DNA of 64,000 bases from Patescibacteria group bacterium. GTDB lineage: Bacteria > Patescibacteriota > Patescibacteriia > PEXW01. The notes below the pieces were generated by a model, which saw nothing but the letters and a program-made list of their open reading frames with translations, made no database searches and was not told the origin of the DNA. The DNA is taken from assembly GCA_041671325.1 (NCBI GenBank), contig JBAZBR010000004.1, forward strand, positions 4,004-68,003, given 5' to 3'. Shown one piece after another: positions 47,918 to 57,582 of the stretch. The number at the start of each line of letters is the position of its first letter. Position 1 is the first letter of the stretch. The position numbers were made by a program, and so were the translations under genes.

Positions 47918-48298
47918 ATGGACAAAAAAACCTATTTCAAAATCTTCGGCTATGGCCTGCAATTGTTCGTGGTGGTCATGCTTTTGATCTTTGCAATGTC
48001 TGCCATTACCAACTCTGACCAAATTGATCATTGGTGGGAAGGCGTGGTTATTGCCATCTTAATGGCCGGTTGCTCTTGGTTATATTCCTTGCGCTTAAAG
48101 CCAACCACCACCAAAGAGAAATTAACCTACGGCATTACCTGGGCAATAATGATAGCCGTAATTATTTTGATTATTACTATTCCCAACAAAACCACCGGCA
48201 TAGTCTTTGGAAGTTGGAGCGCGTATTTGATATTTCTGGGCGTGGCAGTGGGGCCGATAGTAGGGAATTATAAATCTGTAACTCCGAAAATTGGGTAA
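47918..48298 (+). CDS. Membrane hypothetical protein
   Basis: Four hydrophobic segments. Confidence 0.75.
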   Translation: MDKKTYFKIFGYGLQLFVVVMLLIFAMSAITNSDQIDHWWEGVVIAILMAGCSWLYSLRLKPTTTKEKLTYGITWAIMIAVIILIITIPNKTTGIVFGSWSAYLIFLGVAVGPIVGNYKSVTPKIG

Positions 48299-48401
48299 GT
48301 GTGGGGCGTGAACACAACGCTATTTAAGATATAAGAAAGAGCGCCTGCAAGGTTTTTATCCCTGAACAGGCGCTTTTTGGATTTGATACGAATCGGCAGG
48401 G

Positions 48402-48548
48402 TTATGGCCGGGATTTCCCAGTTAGATTATTCCATTGGGGCCAGCTGCCATTGGCCATTCTGCCGCCTACGCAACGACACCAACCGGTGAATTGGCCGTG
48501 CTTGTCATATTCGTATTCATAACCACCTTGCACAAACCAGCCTTTCAT
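48402..48548 (-). CDS. 48-aa small protein
   Basis: MKGWFVQGGYEYEYDKHGQFTGWCRCVGGRMANGSWPQWNNLTGKSRP; aaggaggt SD; upstream promoter; below ORF-track cutoff. Confidence 0.65.
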   Translation of the reverse strand: MKGWFVQGGYEYEYDKHGQFTGWCRCVGGRMANGSWPQWNNLTGKSRP

Positions 48549-48595
48549 TTCGCTACCTCCTTCGATGCGTTTTTTTAGATTTTTATATTCAAGGG

Positions 48596-48624
48596 AATAT
48601 ATGCCAATTTTGTTTATTTGTCAA
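48596..48624 (-). promoter_or_regulatory. Sigma70-type promoter
   Basis: TTGACA-17 nt-TATATT on minus strand. Confidence 0.75.
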
Positions 48625-48907
48625 GCCTAAGCGGACTTGCCATTTTAGTTCAGCAACGACGGCAACAAGCACCTAAAATTTATTAGCCAACCTAAAAAGG
48701 ACTGTCCTTGCGGAGCAGTCCTTTTTGATATGAATATTTTACTTTAACTGGCGGCATTATTAATAGTACTCATTAGGATCAAATGGTTTTTTCCAGTAGC
48801 AGAGAACCCGGTGTGAGCCAGTTCTTTATGGCATTCGTAAATAAAAAAAGGTCCGGGGGTTAATTCCCAGACCATAGAGATTTTAGTGCATAACGGCGCG
48901 TGTTCTA

Positions 48908-49282
48908 TTAACGGCGTGCCGCTTCTGCGCGCAACTCACGGATGGCTTGCTCTTCGGTAAGGTACACATCTACTATTCCCTTGGGATTAAAATTCTGCCT
49001 ATACTCAAGGTACCGCCTCGTGTTGTCTCCGGCGCTGATCGCCAGCCTATGTTTACGACTGGCTAACCGCTTATGGATCTCGAGGATCGCTTTGAAAATG
49101 TCCGGTCCTATCGTCCGGATCTGACTACAATCCAGGAGGTGCAGGGATTCTTTGCTAGGCACGCCGAAGTGCCTTTTCAGTTTCGCGGCGTACTGTGTTT
49201 CCGGCGTCTTGACGTCATTTGCAAGGGTATAACGCCGGATCCCTCCCTCGAGTACTTTTGTGGTAACCAGCTTTTTACTCAT
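48908..49282 (-). CDS. STAS/anti-anti-sigma-like protein
   Basis: LLDCSQIRTIGP...IHKRL...VYLTEEQAI. Confidence 0.65.
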   Translation of the reverse strand: MSKKLVTTKVLEGGIRRYTLANDVKTPETQYAAKLKRHFGVPSKESLHLLDCSQIRTIGPDIFKAILEIHKRLASRKHRLAISAGDNTRRYLEYRQNFNPKGIVDVYLTEEQAIRELRAEAARR

Positions 49283-49355
49283 GATACGTCCTCCGTATAA
49301 AGGTTCTATGTCAGTGCCTAATTATCCTAACTATTGCGTTTTTTGCATTCAGGGA

Positions 49356-49384
49356 AATTTATGCCAATTTTGTTTATTTGTCAA
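49356..49384 (-). promoter_or_regulatory. Sigma70-type promoter, duplicate of 48596-48624
   Basis: TTGACA-same 17 nt-TAAATT. Confidence 0.75.
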
Positions 49385-49431
49385 ATTTAAGCGGTTGAAC
49401 ATTCCCTCAAAAAGGCGTACTTTTGGGGTAT

Positions 49432-49941
49432 ATGTTTGACCAATTCCTTTATTACGAAATCCAAAAATCCAAACCCTGGTGGATGTATTTGATCATCGCG
49501 CCGTTGTTTGTCTTTTCCGTCTGGAGCTTTGTCCAGCAGATAATTTTTAATAAGCCGTTTGGCAGTGATCCCGCGCCAGACTGGGGCGTCTGGCTGATTT
49601 TAATTATTTGCGGCATTGGCCTGCCTTGGTTATTTTTGCAAAGCAAGCAAATCATCAAGTTTGACGGGAAAACCATTTCCGCCTCCTATGTCCCGTTTTG
49701 GAAAACCACCTTCGCCCTGGACCAGGTTGAAAAATTTTACCCGCGGGATTTTAATCCCATGCGCGATTTCTGGGGCTGGGGCATCCGCTATGGCCTAAAG
49801 AAAGGTTCAAAGTGGGTCATGGCCTATGTGTATTTTAATGAAAATAGGGGAGTCCAATTCGAACTTAAAAACGGCCGCCGCATCCTGATTGGCAGTAGGA
49901 AGACTGAGCAGTTTTTGGAGGTGCTGAACCGAAAAATTTAA
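49432..49941 (+). CDS. Membrane protein with PH-like C-terminus
   Basis: Two TMs then WGWGIRYG...GVQFELKNGRRILIGS. Confidence 0.8.
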   Translation: MFDQFLYYEIQKSKPWWMYLIIAPLFVFSVWSFVQQIIFNKPFGSDPAPDWGVWLILIICGIGLPWLFLQSKQIIKFDGKTISASYVPFWKTTFALDQVEKFYPRDFNPMRDFWGWGIRYGLKKGSKWVMAYVYFNENRGVQFELKNGRRILIGSRKTEQFLEVLNRKI

Positions 49942-49967
49942 TAAAAAAATTATTTTTTAAAAAACCT

Positions 49968-51719
49968 ATGGACAATAATCAACCGGCGACACTAAAAACC
50001 TCGCCAAAACCAAAAAAATTAATCATTATCGTTGTGATTGCAGTTTTAGTCATCGGGGGAGCGGTGGCCGCCTTTGCCTTCATGGGAAAATCAAAAGATG
50101 CTGGCAAGACAACCAACACAACTTCAACCAATTCCGCCTCCAGCAGTAATGCCGCTGAAAACGTAAATACCACAAACTCGCCAGCCGTCCAAAATTCCAA
50201 CACAACCGTCTCCACCGTCGGCAAGGTGCTCGGCCAAAGTACTGGCAGCCTGCCTTATGCCGCCATTGATGAAGCCCATGTCGCTTCAGCAGTCATTGAC
50301 AGTAACGGCGGCGTCATCACCGCTACCCTGCCCAAAAACATAACCGCGTACCTTATCCTGCCGGAGGGCGAAGTAATCCAGGAGGCTTTTGTCAGCCTGA
50401 TCCCTTATACGGCCATGCCTTCGGGCCAGAAGCACGGCTATCTTTCAGATGAGCTCGGCTACGGCGTGCAGGTACAAATAAAAAGCCTACAGATGGGCGT
50501 CCGGGGCTATTTGGTTTTTGATACCACTGGCGGTATTGCCACTTCAGAGGCGGTTGCCAAGGAAAAATACTTCAACCGTTGCGACCCGAATTTCACTTGG
50601 TTTGACCCCTACCTTTGCGCCAAAAAGAATAAAGTTTCCGCCTCGACTGTCGTGACCAAGGATCTTACGGTCATCACGCCGATCCATGCGGCAAAATTAA
50701 ACAGCCTGGTCTTTCCCCGAAACACCATCCCCACGGGCATTAATGGGTTGGTGGCCTTGCCCATCAAGGGCGGCGACGTGTTCATACCCCAAAAAGTTGA
50801 CCAAGCGCTAGTAGATAAATTAACCCAGGATGGCCTCAGTAAATACAGCAGTATCACCCAAAAGTTGGAAGCCACCGGCTTGGCCCTGGCCTGGGGCGGC
50901 AATAAATTTTCACAGGAACAGCTGAAATTAATCAGATATCTGGCGGAAGAAAATTACTACCAGGAAGCAATCAAGGCGATAGCTATTTCCCAGCAATTTT
51001 CGAATTTGCTTGGGGCCGGCAGCCTGACTATTACGCGTGGAGAGTTTGACGACATGACCAATGAGGAACTAAAGGCTGACATTGACGAGAATCTGGTTGA
51101 CCTGGCAAAAATATTTCTTAAAGACGCCCAGGAAGTCACCCAAAAATTCGGTTTTGGCATTAAATCCATTACAGCGGCCGCCGCGATCAGCGATGCCGCC
51201 CAATTGGGCGTGGCCGGGGCCAGCCAAGCGCTCGGCACGGTCAGGAGCAATATTGAGAGCATTGGCACGTCGGATTCGACTTCCCTGGGCAGGCGCAGTA
51301 GCGCGTTGGAAAGTTCCGACTACACAAATTCCGGCGGCGGCGAACCGCAGATTACCCCCGAGATCCTGCAAGGCATGGCCAGAGACGTGATTAACCGCGT
51401 TTGGGCCGATCCCAAAGCGACGATTAAGGATATATTGAACGCTATGTCTCTGGCTCGTGCCACCGCCCTGGACAATGAGGATCAGATAATCAATGAGGGG
51501 CTGGAAAAAATCACGAAAATTTTGGAGCAAATGCTCAAAGATGCCGTCTGGGCCAAGGACTTTTTCGATATCGCCGCCATTGCCAAGATGCTGGGCCTGG
51601 ATGACCTTGCCGATGACGCCATCGCCAAAGGCAAAAAAGCCCCTATCTCGCAAAAACTCTGCGACCTGGTAAAAAAGAACTTAAGCAACTTCGGCCTCAA
51701 TAAATGCAGTATTGAATAA
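49968..51719 (+). CDS. Membrane-anchored hypothetical protein
   Basis: N-terminal TM, T/N/S-rich linker, 583 aa. Confidence 0.8.
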   Translation: MDNNQPATLKTSPKPKKLIIIVVIAVLVIGGAVAAFAFMGKSKDAGKTTNTTSTNSASSSNAAENVNTTNSPAVQNSNTTVSTVGKVLGQSTGSLPYAAIDEAHVASAVIDSNGGVITATLPKNITAYLILPEGEVIQEAFVSLIPYTAMPSGQKHGYLSDELGYGVQVQIKSLQMGVRGYLVFDTTGGIATSEAVAKEKYFNRCDPNFTWFDPYLCAKKNKVSASTVVTKDLTVITPIHAAKLNSLVFPRNTIPTGINGLVALPIKGGDVFIPQKVDQALVDKLTQDGLSKYSSITQKLEATGLALAWGGNKFSQEQLKLIRYLAEENYYQEAIKAIAISQQFSNLLGAGSLTITRGEFDDMTNEELKADIDENLVDLAKIFLKDAQEVTQKFGFGIKSITAAAAISDAAQLGVAGASQALGTVRSNIESIGTSDSTSLGRRSSALESSDYTNSGGGEPQITPEILQGMARDVINRVWADPKATIKDILNAMSLARATALDNEDQIINEGLEKITKILEQMLKDAVWAKDFFDIAAIAKMLGLDDLADDAIAKGKKAPISQKLCDLVKKNLSNFGLNKCSIE

Positions 51720-51731
51720 TTTAAAGATTAT

Positions 51732-51825
51732 AATTGCCTCGTCCCTTTCGACTCCTTGCCATGACAATAATAAATAACCCGTCATTGCGAGCCCCCGCTT
51801 TTTGGCGGGGGGGGTGTGGCAATCT
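51732..51825. repeat. Pair of GTCAT-type REP-like half elements without inserts
   Basis: attgcctcgtc...catgaca and cgtcattgcgag...ggcaatc. Confidence 0.65.
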
Positions 51826-51853
51826 TTAACTATAGTAAACTAACATCCATACT

Positions 51854-52219
51854 ATGAAAAAATTTCTCTATTGGGCGCCGCGAATTTTAAGCATTGTAAT
51901 GGTGTGTTTTATCTCCATCTTCGCTCTGGATGTGTTTGATCAGAGTTATACTTTTTGGGAATTGGTGCTCGCGCTCTTCATGCACCTTTTGCCCTCAATC
52001 GTAGCGGTCATTATAATCATTATCGCCTGGAAAAGGGAGCAAATCGGCGGCTGGCTTTTCATTGCATTGGGTATGGGATTTGTGTTTATCGGCAGGTTTG
52101 AACTGATGGCGATTTTAATTGTCACCCTTCCGATCATCATCATTGGTGCGCTGTTTTTATTGCACTATTATAAATATGTAAAAGGGGCGAAAGATTCTGG
52201 AGGCGTTGGGGAAAGTTAA
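51854..52219 (+). CDS. Membrane hypothetical protein
   Basis: WAPRIL...FALDVF...MHLLP; four TMs. Confidence 0.8.
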   Translation: MKKFLYWAPRILSIVMVCFISIFALDVFDQSYTFWELVLALFMHLLPSIVAVIIIIIAWKREQIGGWLFIALGMGFVFIGRFELMAILIVTLPIIIIGALFLLHYYKYVKGAKDSGGVGES

Positions 52220-52432
52220 CTAATAGGAGGTAAGTTTTTAGTTTCTTGATTGTTCCCTTATAAAATATGGGGATTTTGAGTTATCCACAACATTCTTTGC
52301 TTTTTTTATTAATATATTAAATTAAGGTTTTTTATGAATGGTATATAGAAACGAATAATATGCAATAAATACAGGAGATATATGATGATAATTAGAGTAT
52401 TTACTCATATATGAACTGTTAATCATGCCGAT

Positions 52433-52461
52433 TTGACAATAAAAATGACATATGATAGATT
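52433..52461 (+). promoter_or_regulatory. Sigma70-type promoter of the four-gene cassette
   Basis: TTGACA-17 nt-TAGATT with TG extension; gagta-tt-tactc palindrome at 52395-52406. Confidence 0.6.
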
Positions 52462-52498
52462 AAACCGTGCTATGAATTATAATTAACAACCAACAACT

Positions 52499-52894
52499 AT
52501 GAACGAAAACAACCCACTCAATAGACTATTGGTGAGCGATTCCCAAGATGTTAATAAAGAAGAGTTGGCAAATTTGCTTGAACCGTACGTTTTTATCAAT
52601 AAAGATTCGAAATCTTTTGATTTTTCATCCAAGTTTCACGGACTTCCCACTCATGCCGATAGAATTCTTATTATTTTTGCAGCAGTGAAGGCAAGGCATA
52701 TAATTTTACAAACGGAAGATAGAATTACGCCCTCTGAAATTATCAAAATGGAGGTTGCGGCTGAAGGCAGCATAAAAGGTACATTAAAAAGGCTTTCTGA
52801 CGATGGTGAGATAAAAGCAGATAAAGGTAAGTATTATCTACCAAATTATAAAATTCCAAAGCTTGTTGAGCATTTTAAATCTTTTAATAAGTAG
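52499..52894 (+). CDS. Hypothetical protein, winged-helix-like
   Basis: ITPSEI...SIKGTLKRLSDDGEI...GKYYL. Confidence 0.7.
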   Translation: MNENNPLNRLLVSDSQDVNKEELANLLEPYVFINKDSKSFDFSSKFHGLPTHADRILIIFAAVKARHIILQTEDRITPSEIIKMEVAAEGSIKGTLKRLSDDGEIKADKGKYYLPNYKIPKLVEHFKSFNK

Positions 52895-52899
52895 ATATT

Positions 52900-53304
52900 A
52901 TGGATAATAATATAGAAAAAAGAATTTCAGATATTGAAATACGTCTAAAGAAACTTGAAGAAAAAAATAAAATAGTGATTAGTCAAGGGGACGTGAAAAG
53001 GGCTCAATTATCATTGGGTGAATTTCTTTCTACAAAACTAATCAGCAATGATGTTGAGCGCACTCTAGCAATTGCATATTATTTGGAATTTTATGAAAAA
53101 ATGCAACAATTTAATATTAGTGATCTTGAAAACGGATTTCGTTCCGCTCGTTATAAATTGCCTAAAAATATAAACGATAAAGTAAATATGAATATTAAGA
53201 AAGGTCACCTTGCTGAAGAAAAAGGAAAAAAAGATTTCAAAAAAGCATGGTATATCACCGACGCGGGTGTAAAATATATTGAGACAGAATTAAATAATAA
53301 GTAA
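52900..53304 (+). CDS. Coiled-coil plus winged-helix-like protein
   Basis: IEKRISDIEIRLKKLEE; LAIAYYL...KKGHL...WYITDAGVKYI. Confidence 0.7.
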   Translation: MDNNIEKRISDIEIRLKKLEEKNKIVISQGDVKRAQLSLGEFLSTKLISNDVERTLAIAYYLEFYEKMQQFNISDLENGFRSARYKLPKNINDKVNMNIKKGHLAEEKGKKDFKKAWYITDAGVKYIETELNNK

Positions 53305-53305
53305 T

Positions 53306-53710
53306 ATGTCAGAGGAACAAATGCAGAAAATATTAGCTCAACTTTTAGATCACGATAAAAGAATCCGTACACTTGAGGCTTGTGATGTTAATTCTGAAAT
53401 CCCTAAAACGGAGAAGGAAGCTACCCTTGCGGAGATAGTACATGGGAAGATTTTTAAATCCGGGCAAGAAAAAATCGCAGTGATTGTTGGATATTACGAA
53501 CTAATACTCCATCAGTCACCTGTCAATGAAACAAATATTCGAACCGGTTGGTTAAAGGGAAAACTTGATGGAAAATATCGTAGCAATTTACTCGAACGTA
53601 CTGTTAGTGATGCATTAGTTAGAGATTTAGAAAATGGCGCATACGATCTCTCCCAAACGGGTGAAAAATTTTTTAATAATTTTCTAAAATCAAATGTTGG
53701 AAAAGCTTAA
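53306..53710 (+). CDS. Coiled-coil plus winged-helix-like protein
   Basis: HDKRIRTLE; IAVIVGYY...YDLSQTGEKFF. Confidence 0.7.
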   Translation: MSEEQMQKILAQLLDHDKRIRTLEACDVNSEIPKTEKEATLAEIVHGKIFKSGQEKIAVIVGYYELILHQSPVNETNIRTGWLKGKLDGKYRSNLLERTVSDALVRDLENGAYDLSQTGEKFFNNFLKSNVGKA

Positions 53711-54443
53711 GCAAGAGTTAAGTAGGAGACTTAGTGACGAACAACTTATTGAGAATTTATTTTTTAGTTATCAGAGGATCTCAGAAAAGTTTATTGCTCA
53801 AAAACCAGTTGATTTATTGCAAAATACGGGCTTATTTGTCGAATCCGCACTACGCGTGGCGGAACATTTCATTTTAGGCGCTCACACCTCTCTTGGAAAA
53901 GAATTTGATATTGATAATTGTATACAGAAATTAGAAAAATCATCTGGTGCTGATGGTTTGAGAATTCATGTGGCGCGGTTAAGTCGAGCAATCTACGATT
54001 TTCGCTCTCGGAAAAAGGGCGTACACTTGAAAGCTATTGACCCGATGATTATTGATGCTAGTGTAGTTTTTAATATCTGCACTTGGATATTTATTGAGAT
54101 ACTGAAGGAAAGCGGCGTATCAGATGCAGAAAAAACAATACATTTGCTTTTTACAAGAAAAACACCGCTCGTACAAGAAGTCGATGGGATTTTACGTACA
54201 ACAAATCCAAAACTTTCAGGAACTCAGCGTATCCTTATTCTACTTTATTCTGCCCCAAACGGATTATTTGAGGCAGAAATACTTGAAGGAGCAAAAAGAA
54301 AAGTTAAGAACAAAGACCATCTACATAAGGACCTCAAAAGCATGGATACCCGCGATCTTATTCATCAACGTTCAGATAGTAAATGGACATTATTTGGCCA
54401 AGGTTTCGGCGAAGCTGAGAAGCTAATTTCAAAGTACTCTTAA
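53694..54443 (+). CDS. Putative HEPN-like domain plus C-terminal winged helix
   Basis: FVES...YDFRSRKKGVH (Rx4-6H); ILILLY...LIH...WTLFGQG..EAE. Confidence 0.65.
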   Translation: MLEKLKQELSRRLSDEQLIENLFFSYQRISEKFIAQKPVDLLQNTGLFVESALRVAEHFILGAHTSLGKEFDIDNCIQKLEKSSGADGLRIHVARLSRAIYDFRSRKKGVHLKAIDPMIIDASVVFNICTWIFIEILKESGVSDAEKTIHLLFTRKTPLVQEVDGILRTTNPKLSGTQRILILLYSAPNGLFEAEILEGAKRKVKNKDHLHKDLKSMDTRDLIHQRSDSKWTLFGQGFGEAEKLISKYS

Positions 54444-54584
54444 AACCAGCTTGGTAAAATGAATAATAATCCCAACTCCATAAGGAGTCTATTATTTTTT
54501 GTTTATTTTTAATTTGGATTATACTTCAATTACCCACTTCATCATGCTTATTAATTAATTTTTAACCCTTAACCAAAAACCCAT

Positions 54585-55067
54585 ATGACCGAATACAATC
54601 CCAAAACCGACTGCTGTCAGCCGTTTGATCCAACGCCCTGGCAGGACAAGGAAATCACCTGGAATAACAAGATTTTTGTTAAAGATCATGTGGCGAGTTT
54701 CTTCCATATCCCCATGAACATGGGGAAAGTTATTACCCGCAACCTGGCGCTCATTGATAAAGCCAATGCGCGGGCACCGTATCAATTAATGCTTACTGAT
54801 GAGAAATCCATGTGGGGTTCGGATATTTATATTGATGTTTCCAAAGAAGTTCCTGGTGCGGAAATGGCTACTTTATCCGGCACATACCTCACCAAAGTAT
54901 TTGAAGGTCCATACCAGAACGCGGGCAAATGGGCGCAAGAAATGCTGGCCTATGTGAAAGCCAAAGGCAAAGAATCGAAAAAACTGTATTTTTCCTACAC
55001 CACTTGCCCCAAGTGCGCCAAGAAGTACGGCAAGAATTACGTGGTTTTATTTTCTAAAATTAACTAA
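54585..55067 (+). CDS. Hypothetical protein (GyrI-like fold possible)
   Basis: CC.PFDP..W, KVFEGPY, YTTCPKCAKKYGKNYVV. Confidence 0.75.
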   Translation: MTEYNPKTDCCQPFDPTPWQDKEITWNNKIFVKDHVASFFHIPMNMGKVITRNLALIDKANARAPYQLMLTDEKSMWGSDIYIDVSKEVPGAEMATLSGTYLTKVFEGPYQNAGKWAQEMLAYVKAKGKESKKLYFSYTTCPKCAKKYGKNYVVLFSKIN

Positions 55068-55073
55068 AAACAT

Positions 55074-55256
55074 ATGATGGACGTTAATGTTACTAAACGC
55101 GGCGGGGAAGCGGTTTATGGCTTAGGCTTTGTTGGCGCGGCCATTTATTACATTTCCGTGGCCACGGGTTTTTGGGTGGGCGTGCTTGGAGTATTAAAAG
55201 CCTGCGTCTGGCCAGTGTTTTTTGTCTACCACGCGTTGAAGTTTTTAGGGGCTTAA
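55074..55256 (+). CDS. Small membrane protein
   Basis: VYGLGFVGAAIYYI...GVLKA.VWP. Confidence 0.7.
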   Translation: MMDVNVTKRGGEAVYGLGFVGAAIYYISVATGFWVGVLGVLKACVWPVFFVYHALKFLGA

Positions 55257-55298
55257 AGCTTGTCGTTGGTAGAAATTTATATAATTAGCGCTTGATTC

Positions 55299-55931
55299 AT
55301 GACTCAGCGGCGTATATACCAAGATGAATTTCCATATTTCGTAACTTTTCGGACGCTTGATAGCCAACCCTTGTTTGAGGATGAAAAAATGGCGGAGTTG
55401 TTTCGGCGCGAATTATTTGTATCGGCAAAAATCAAACATTTTGATATTTTTGCGTACCAAATAATGCCCGATCATATCCATGTTTTAACGCAAATAAATG
55501 TCGAGCGCACGCTTGAGAGCATGCGCTCGGGTGACTCGGGTGACGGGGATGGTGAAGATATCGTGAGCATGCGCTCGGGGGTTGGTAAAAATATTTTGTC
55601 ATCAAAACCCGAACGCACGTTCTCTAACGTGCGTGAGGGGGAAATCCACCCGATCTCCGCCAAAAGCACCCTTTCGAGGGTGCGGACCAAAACTCCCAAA
55701 TATAATATTTCCGATTTGATGCAATCCATCAAAGGCAATTTTTCCCGGAAAATCCATGAAGGCAATATTTGGCAAAAACGGTTTTATACCAAAATCGTGA
55801 ATACCCATAAATATTTGGAAACCGTGATTAATTATATTGAAAACAATCCAATCAAAGCGGAATTGCCGAAAAGATATCAACAAAAACCCTACCAATATTT
55901 CAATTGGCCGAAAATTCACGCCTTGTTTTGA
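55299..55931 (+). CDS. REP-associated tyrosine transposase (IS200/Y1 HUH family)
   Basis: YFVTFRT, MPDHIH (HUH), MQSIKG, WQKRFY, YIENNP. Confidence 0.9.
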   Translation: MTQRRIYQDEFPYFVTFRTLDSQPLFEDEKMAELFRRELFVSAKIKHFDIFAYQIMPDHIHVLTQINVERTLESMRSGDSGDGDGEDIVSMRSGVGKNILSSKPERTFSNVREGEIHPISAKSTLSRVRTKTPKYNISDLMQSIKGNFSRKIHEGNIWQKRFYTKIVNTHKYLETVINYIENNPIKAELPKRYQQKPYQYFNWPKIHALF

Positions 55932-55960
55932 GGCAGGAATGGACTTAGAATTAATTTATT

Positions 55961-56152
55961 ATGAATGGCCAAAATCGAAATAACATTTATCCAGGACTGC
56001 ATGTGGCGATAGTCCAAAAACAAGACCAGCCCACGGGCAGACTGACCGAGGGCATTGTTAAAGATATTTTAACCAATTCTCCCACGCATCCGCATGGCAT
56101 AAAAGTGCGATTGGAAACTGGGGAAGTGGGGAGAGTGCAAGAAATTAGGTAA
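55961..56152 (+). CDS. YwbE (DUF2196) family protein
   Basis: KQDQPTGRLTEGIVKDILTNS.THPHGIKVRL..G.VGRV. Confidence 0.9.
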   Translation: MNGQNRNNIYPGLHVAIVQKQDQPTGRLTEGIVKDILTNSPTHPHGIKVRLETGEVGRVQEIR

Positions 56153-56395
56153 ATGTATTACCTCTATATTTTGAAATGCAAGGATAAGACGCTTTATACC
56201 GGCATTACCACAGATTTAAAAAGGCGTTTAGCTGAACATAACTCATCAAAACTCGGGGCAAAATATACCAAAGGCCGGAGGCCGGTTAAGTTGGTTTATA
56301 CTAAAAAATTTCGAACTCGGTCTACAGCAACAAAGACAGAAGCACGGATAAAAAATTTATCGCGGACAGAGAAACTGCGTTTAATTAAAAAGTAG
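56153..56395 (+). CDS. GIY-YIG family nuclease (UPF0213-like)
   Basis: YLYILKC.D.TLYTGITTDLKRR..EHN...GAKYT.GRRPV. Confidence 0.92.
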   Translation: MYYLYILKCKDKTLYTGITTDLKRRLAEHNSSKLGAKYTKGRRPVKLVYTKKFRTRSTATKTEARIKNLSRTEKLRLIKK

Positions 56396-56423
56396 GATTT
56401 TGTAAAAATAGATAAAAACATTC

Positions 56424-57539
56424 ATGATCACTATTAAAGAAATCAAAACCAAACCAGAGGTTAAGGAATTCGTAAAATTTCCCTGGCAGATTTATAAACA
56501 TGACCCAAACTGGGTACCACCCTTGATTCATGACCAGTGTAATTTTTTTAATCCCGAGAAAAATCCTTATTACCACCATTCCAAGGTCATGCTGCTTATG
56601 GCTTTTCGCGATGGGGAGCCGGTTGGCCGTTTAGCCGTGCATGAAAATACCCTGCACGTGAAAAAATATCATGAACAAATTGGTTTCTTTGGTTTTTTTG
56701 AATGCATAGATGACTTTGCCGTGACCAGAGCATTGTTTGATCACGGAAAAAATTGGCTGAAAAAACTTGGGTATTCTGCCATGCGCGGTCCAGCCAATTT
56801 TTCCATCAACGGCGAATATTCCTTGCTAGTGGATGGGTTTGATTCACCGCCCGTGGCCTTAATGACTTATAACCCCTGGTATTACGAAAATTTGCTAAAG
56901 CAATATGGATTTAAACAGTCCCAAGAAATGTACGCTTACCAGCTGTACACTGAATCGGGCTTGCCCCAGAGCGTTATTACACGGGCGAATGAAGCCATTA
57001 AGAACCATCCCGAGTTTAGGGTCAGGAAAATGAAAAAGCGGAATCTTGAACAAGAAGCCAGAATAGTCAACAGAATTTACAATGAAGCCTGGGATAAAAA
57101 TTGGGGAGCCGTACCATTCACGGAAAAAGAAATCATGGCACTGGCTCGGGAGCTTAAAATGATTTTAGATGAAGACATTGCCTTAATCGGGGAAATCAAT
57201 GGCGAACCGATTGGTTTTTCCTTGTCCATTCCCGATGCCAACCAGATCTTGAAAGCGGCCAAGGGTCGGCTCTTGCCGTTTGGGTTCCTGAAAATGCTCT
57301 GGGCAAAAAGGCGCATTAACGGTATTCGCGTGCTGGTCATGGGCATTTTAGAAAAGTACCGGCATAAAGATTTTGATAAGGTTTTTTACAAAAAAACCTG
57401 GGAAGAAGGCAAGAAAAAGGGTTATTTGTTCGCCGAAGGTTCGCTGATTAATGAATCCAATGCGCCCATGCGCCACGTGCTGGAAAAGCTTGGCGCTAAG
57501 ATCTATAAGACTTACCGGATGTACGATTTGAAATTTTAA
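56424..57539 (+). CDS. GNAT-family acetyltransferase (YghO-like)
   Basis: PNWVPPL, GFFGFFEC, MRGP, YNP.YY, AW..NWG, YKTYR.Y. Confidence 0.85.
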   Translation: MITIKEIKTKPEVKEFVKFPWQIYKHDPNWVPPLIHDQCNFFNPEKNPYYHHSKVMLLMAFRDGEPVGRLAVHENTLHVKKYHEQIGFFGFFECIDDFAVTRALFDHGKNWLKKLGYSAMRGPANFSINGEYSLLVDGFDSPPVALMTYNPWYYENLLKQYGFKQSQEMYAYQLYTESGLPQSVITRANEAIKNHPEFRVRKMKKRNLEQEARIVNRIYNEAWDKNWGAVPFTEKEIMALARELKMILDEDIALIGEINGEPIGFSLSIPDANQILKAAKGRLLPFGFLKMLWAKRRINGIRVLVMGILEKYRHKDFDKVFYKKTWEEGKKKGYLFAEGSLINESNAPMRHVLEKLGAKIYKTYRMYDLKF

Positions 57540-57582
57540 TAAAAGAAAAACCCGGCCGGTGAAGGTCGGGTTGATTGTTTTA

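Noticed and set aside
52282-52290. DnaA box ttatccaca suggesting oriC
   Set aside because: Single box with no cluster and no dnaA nearby.
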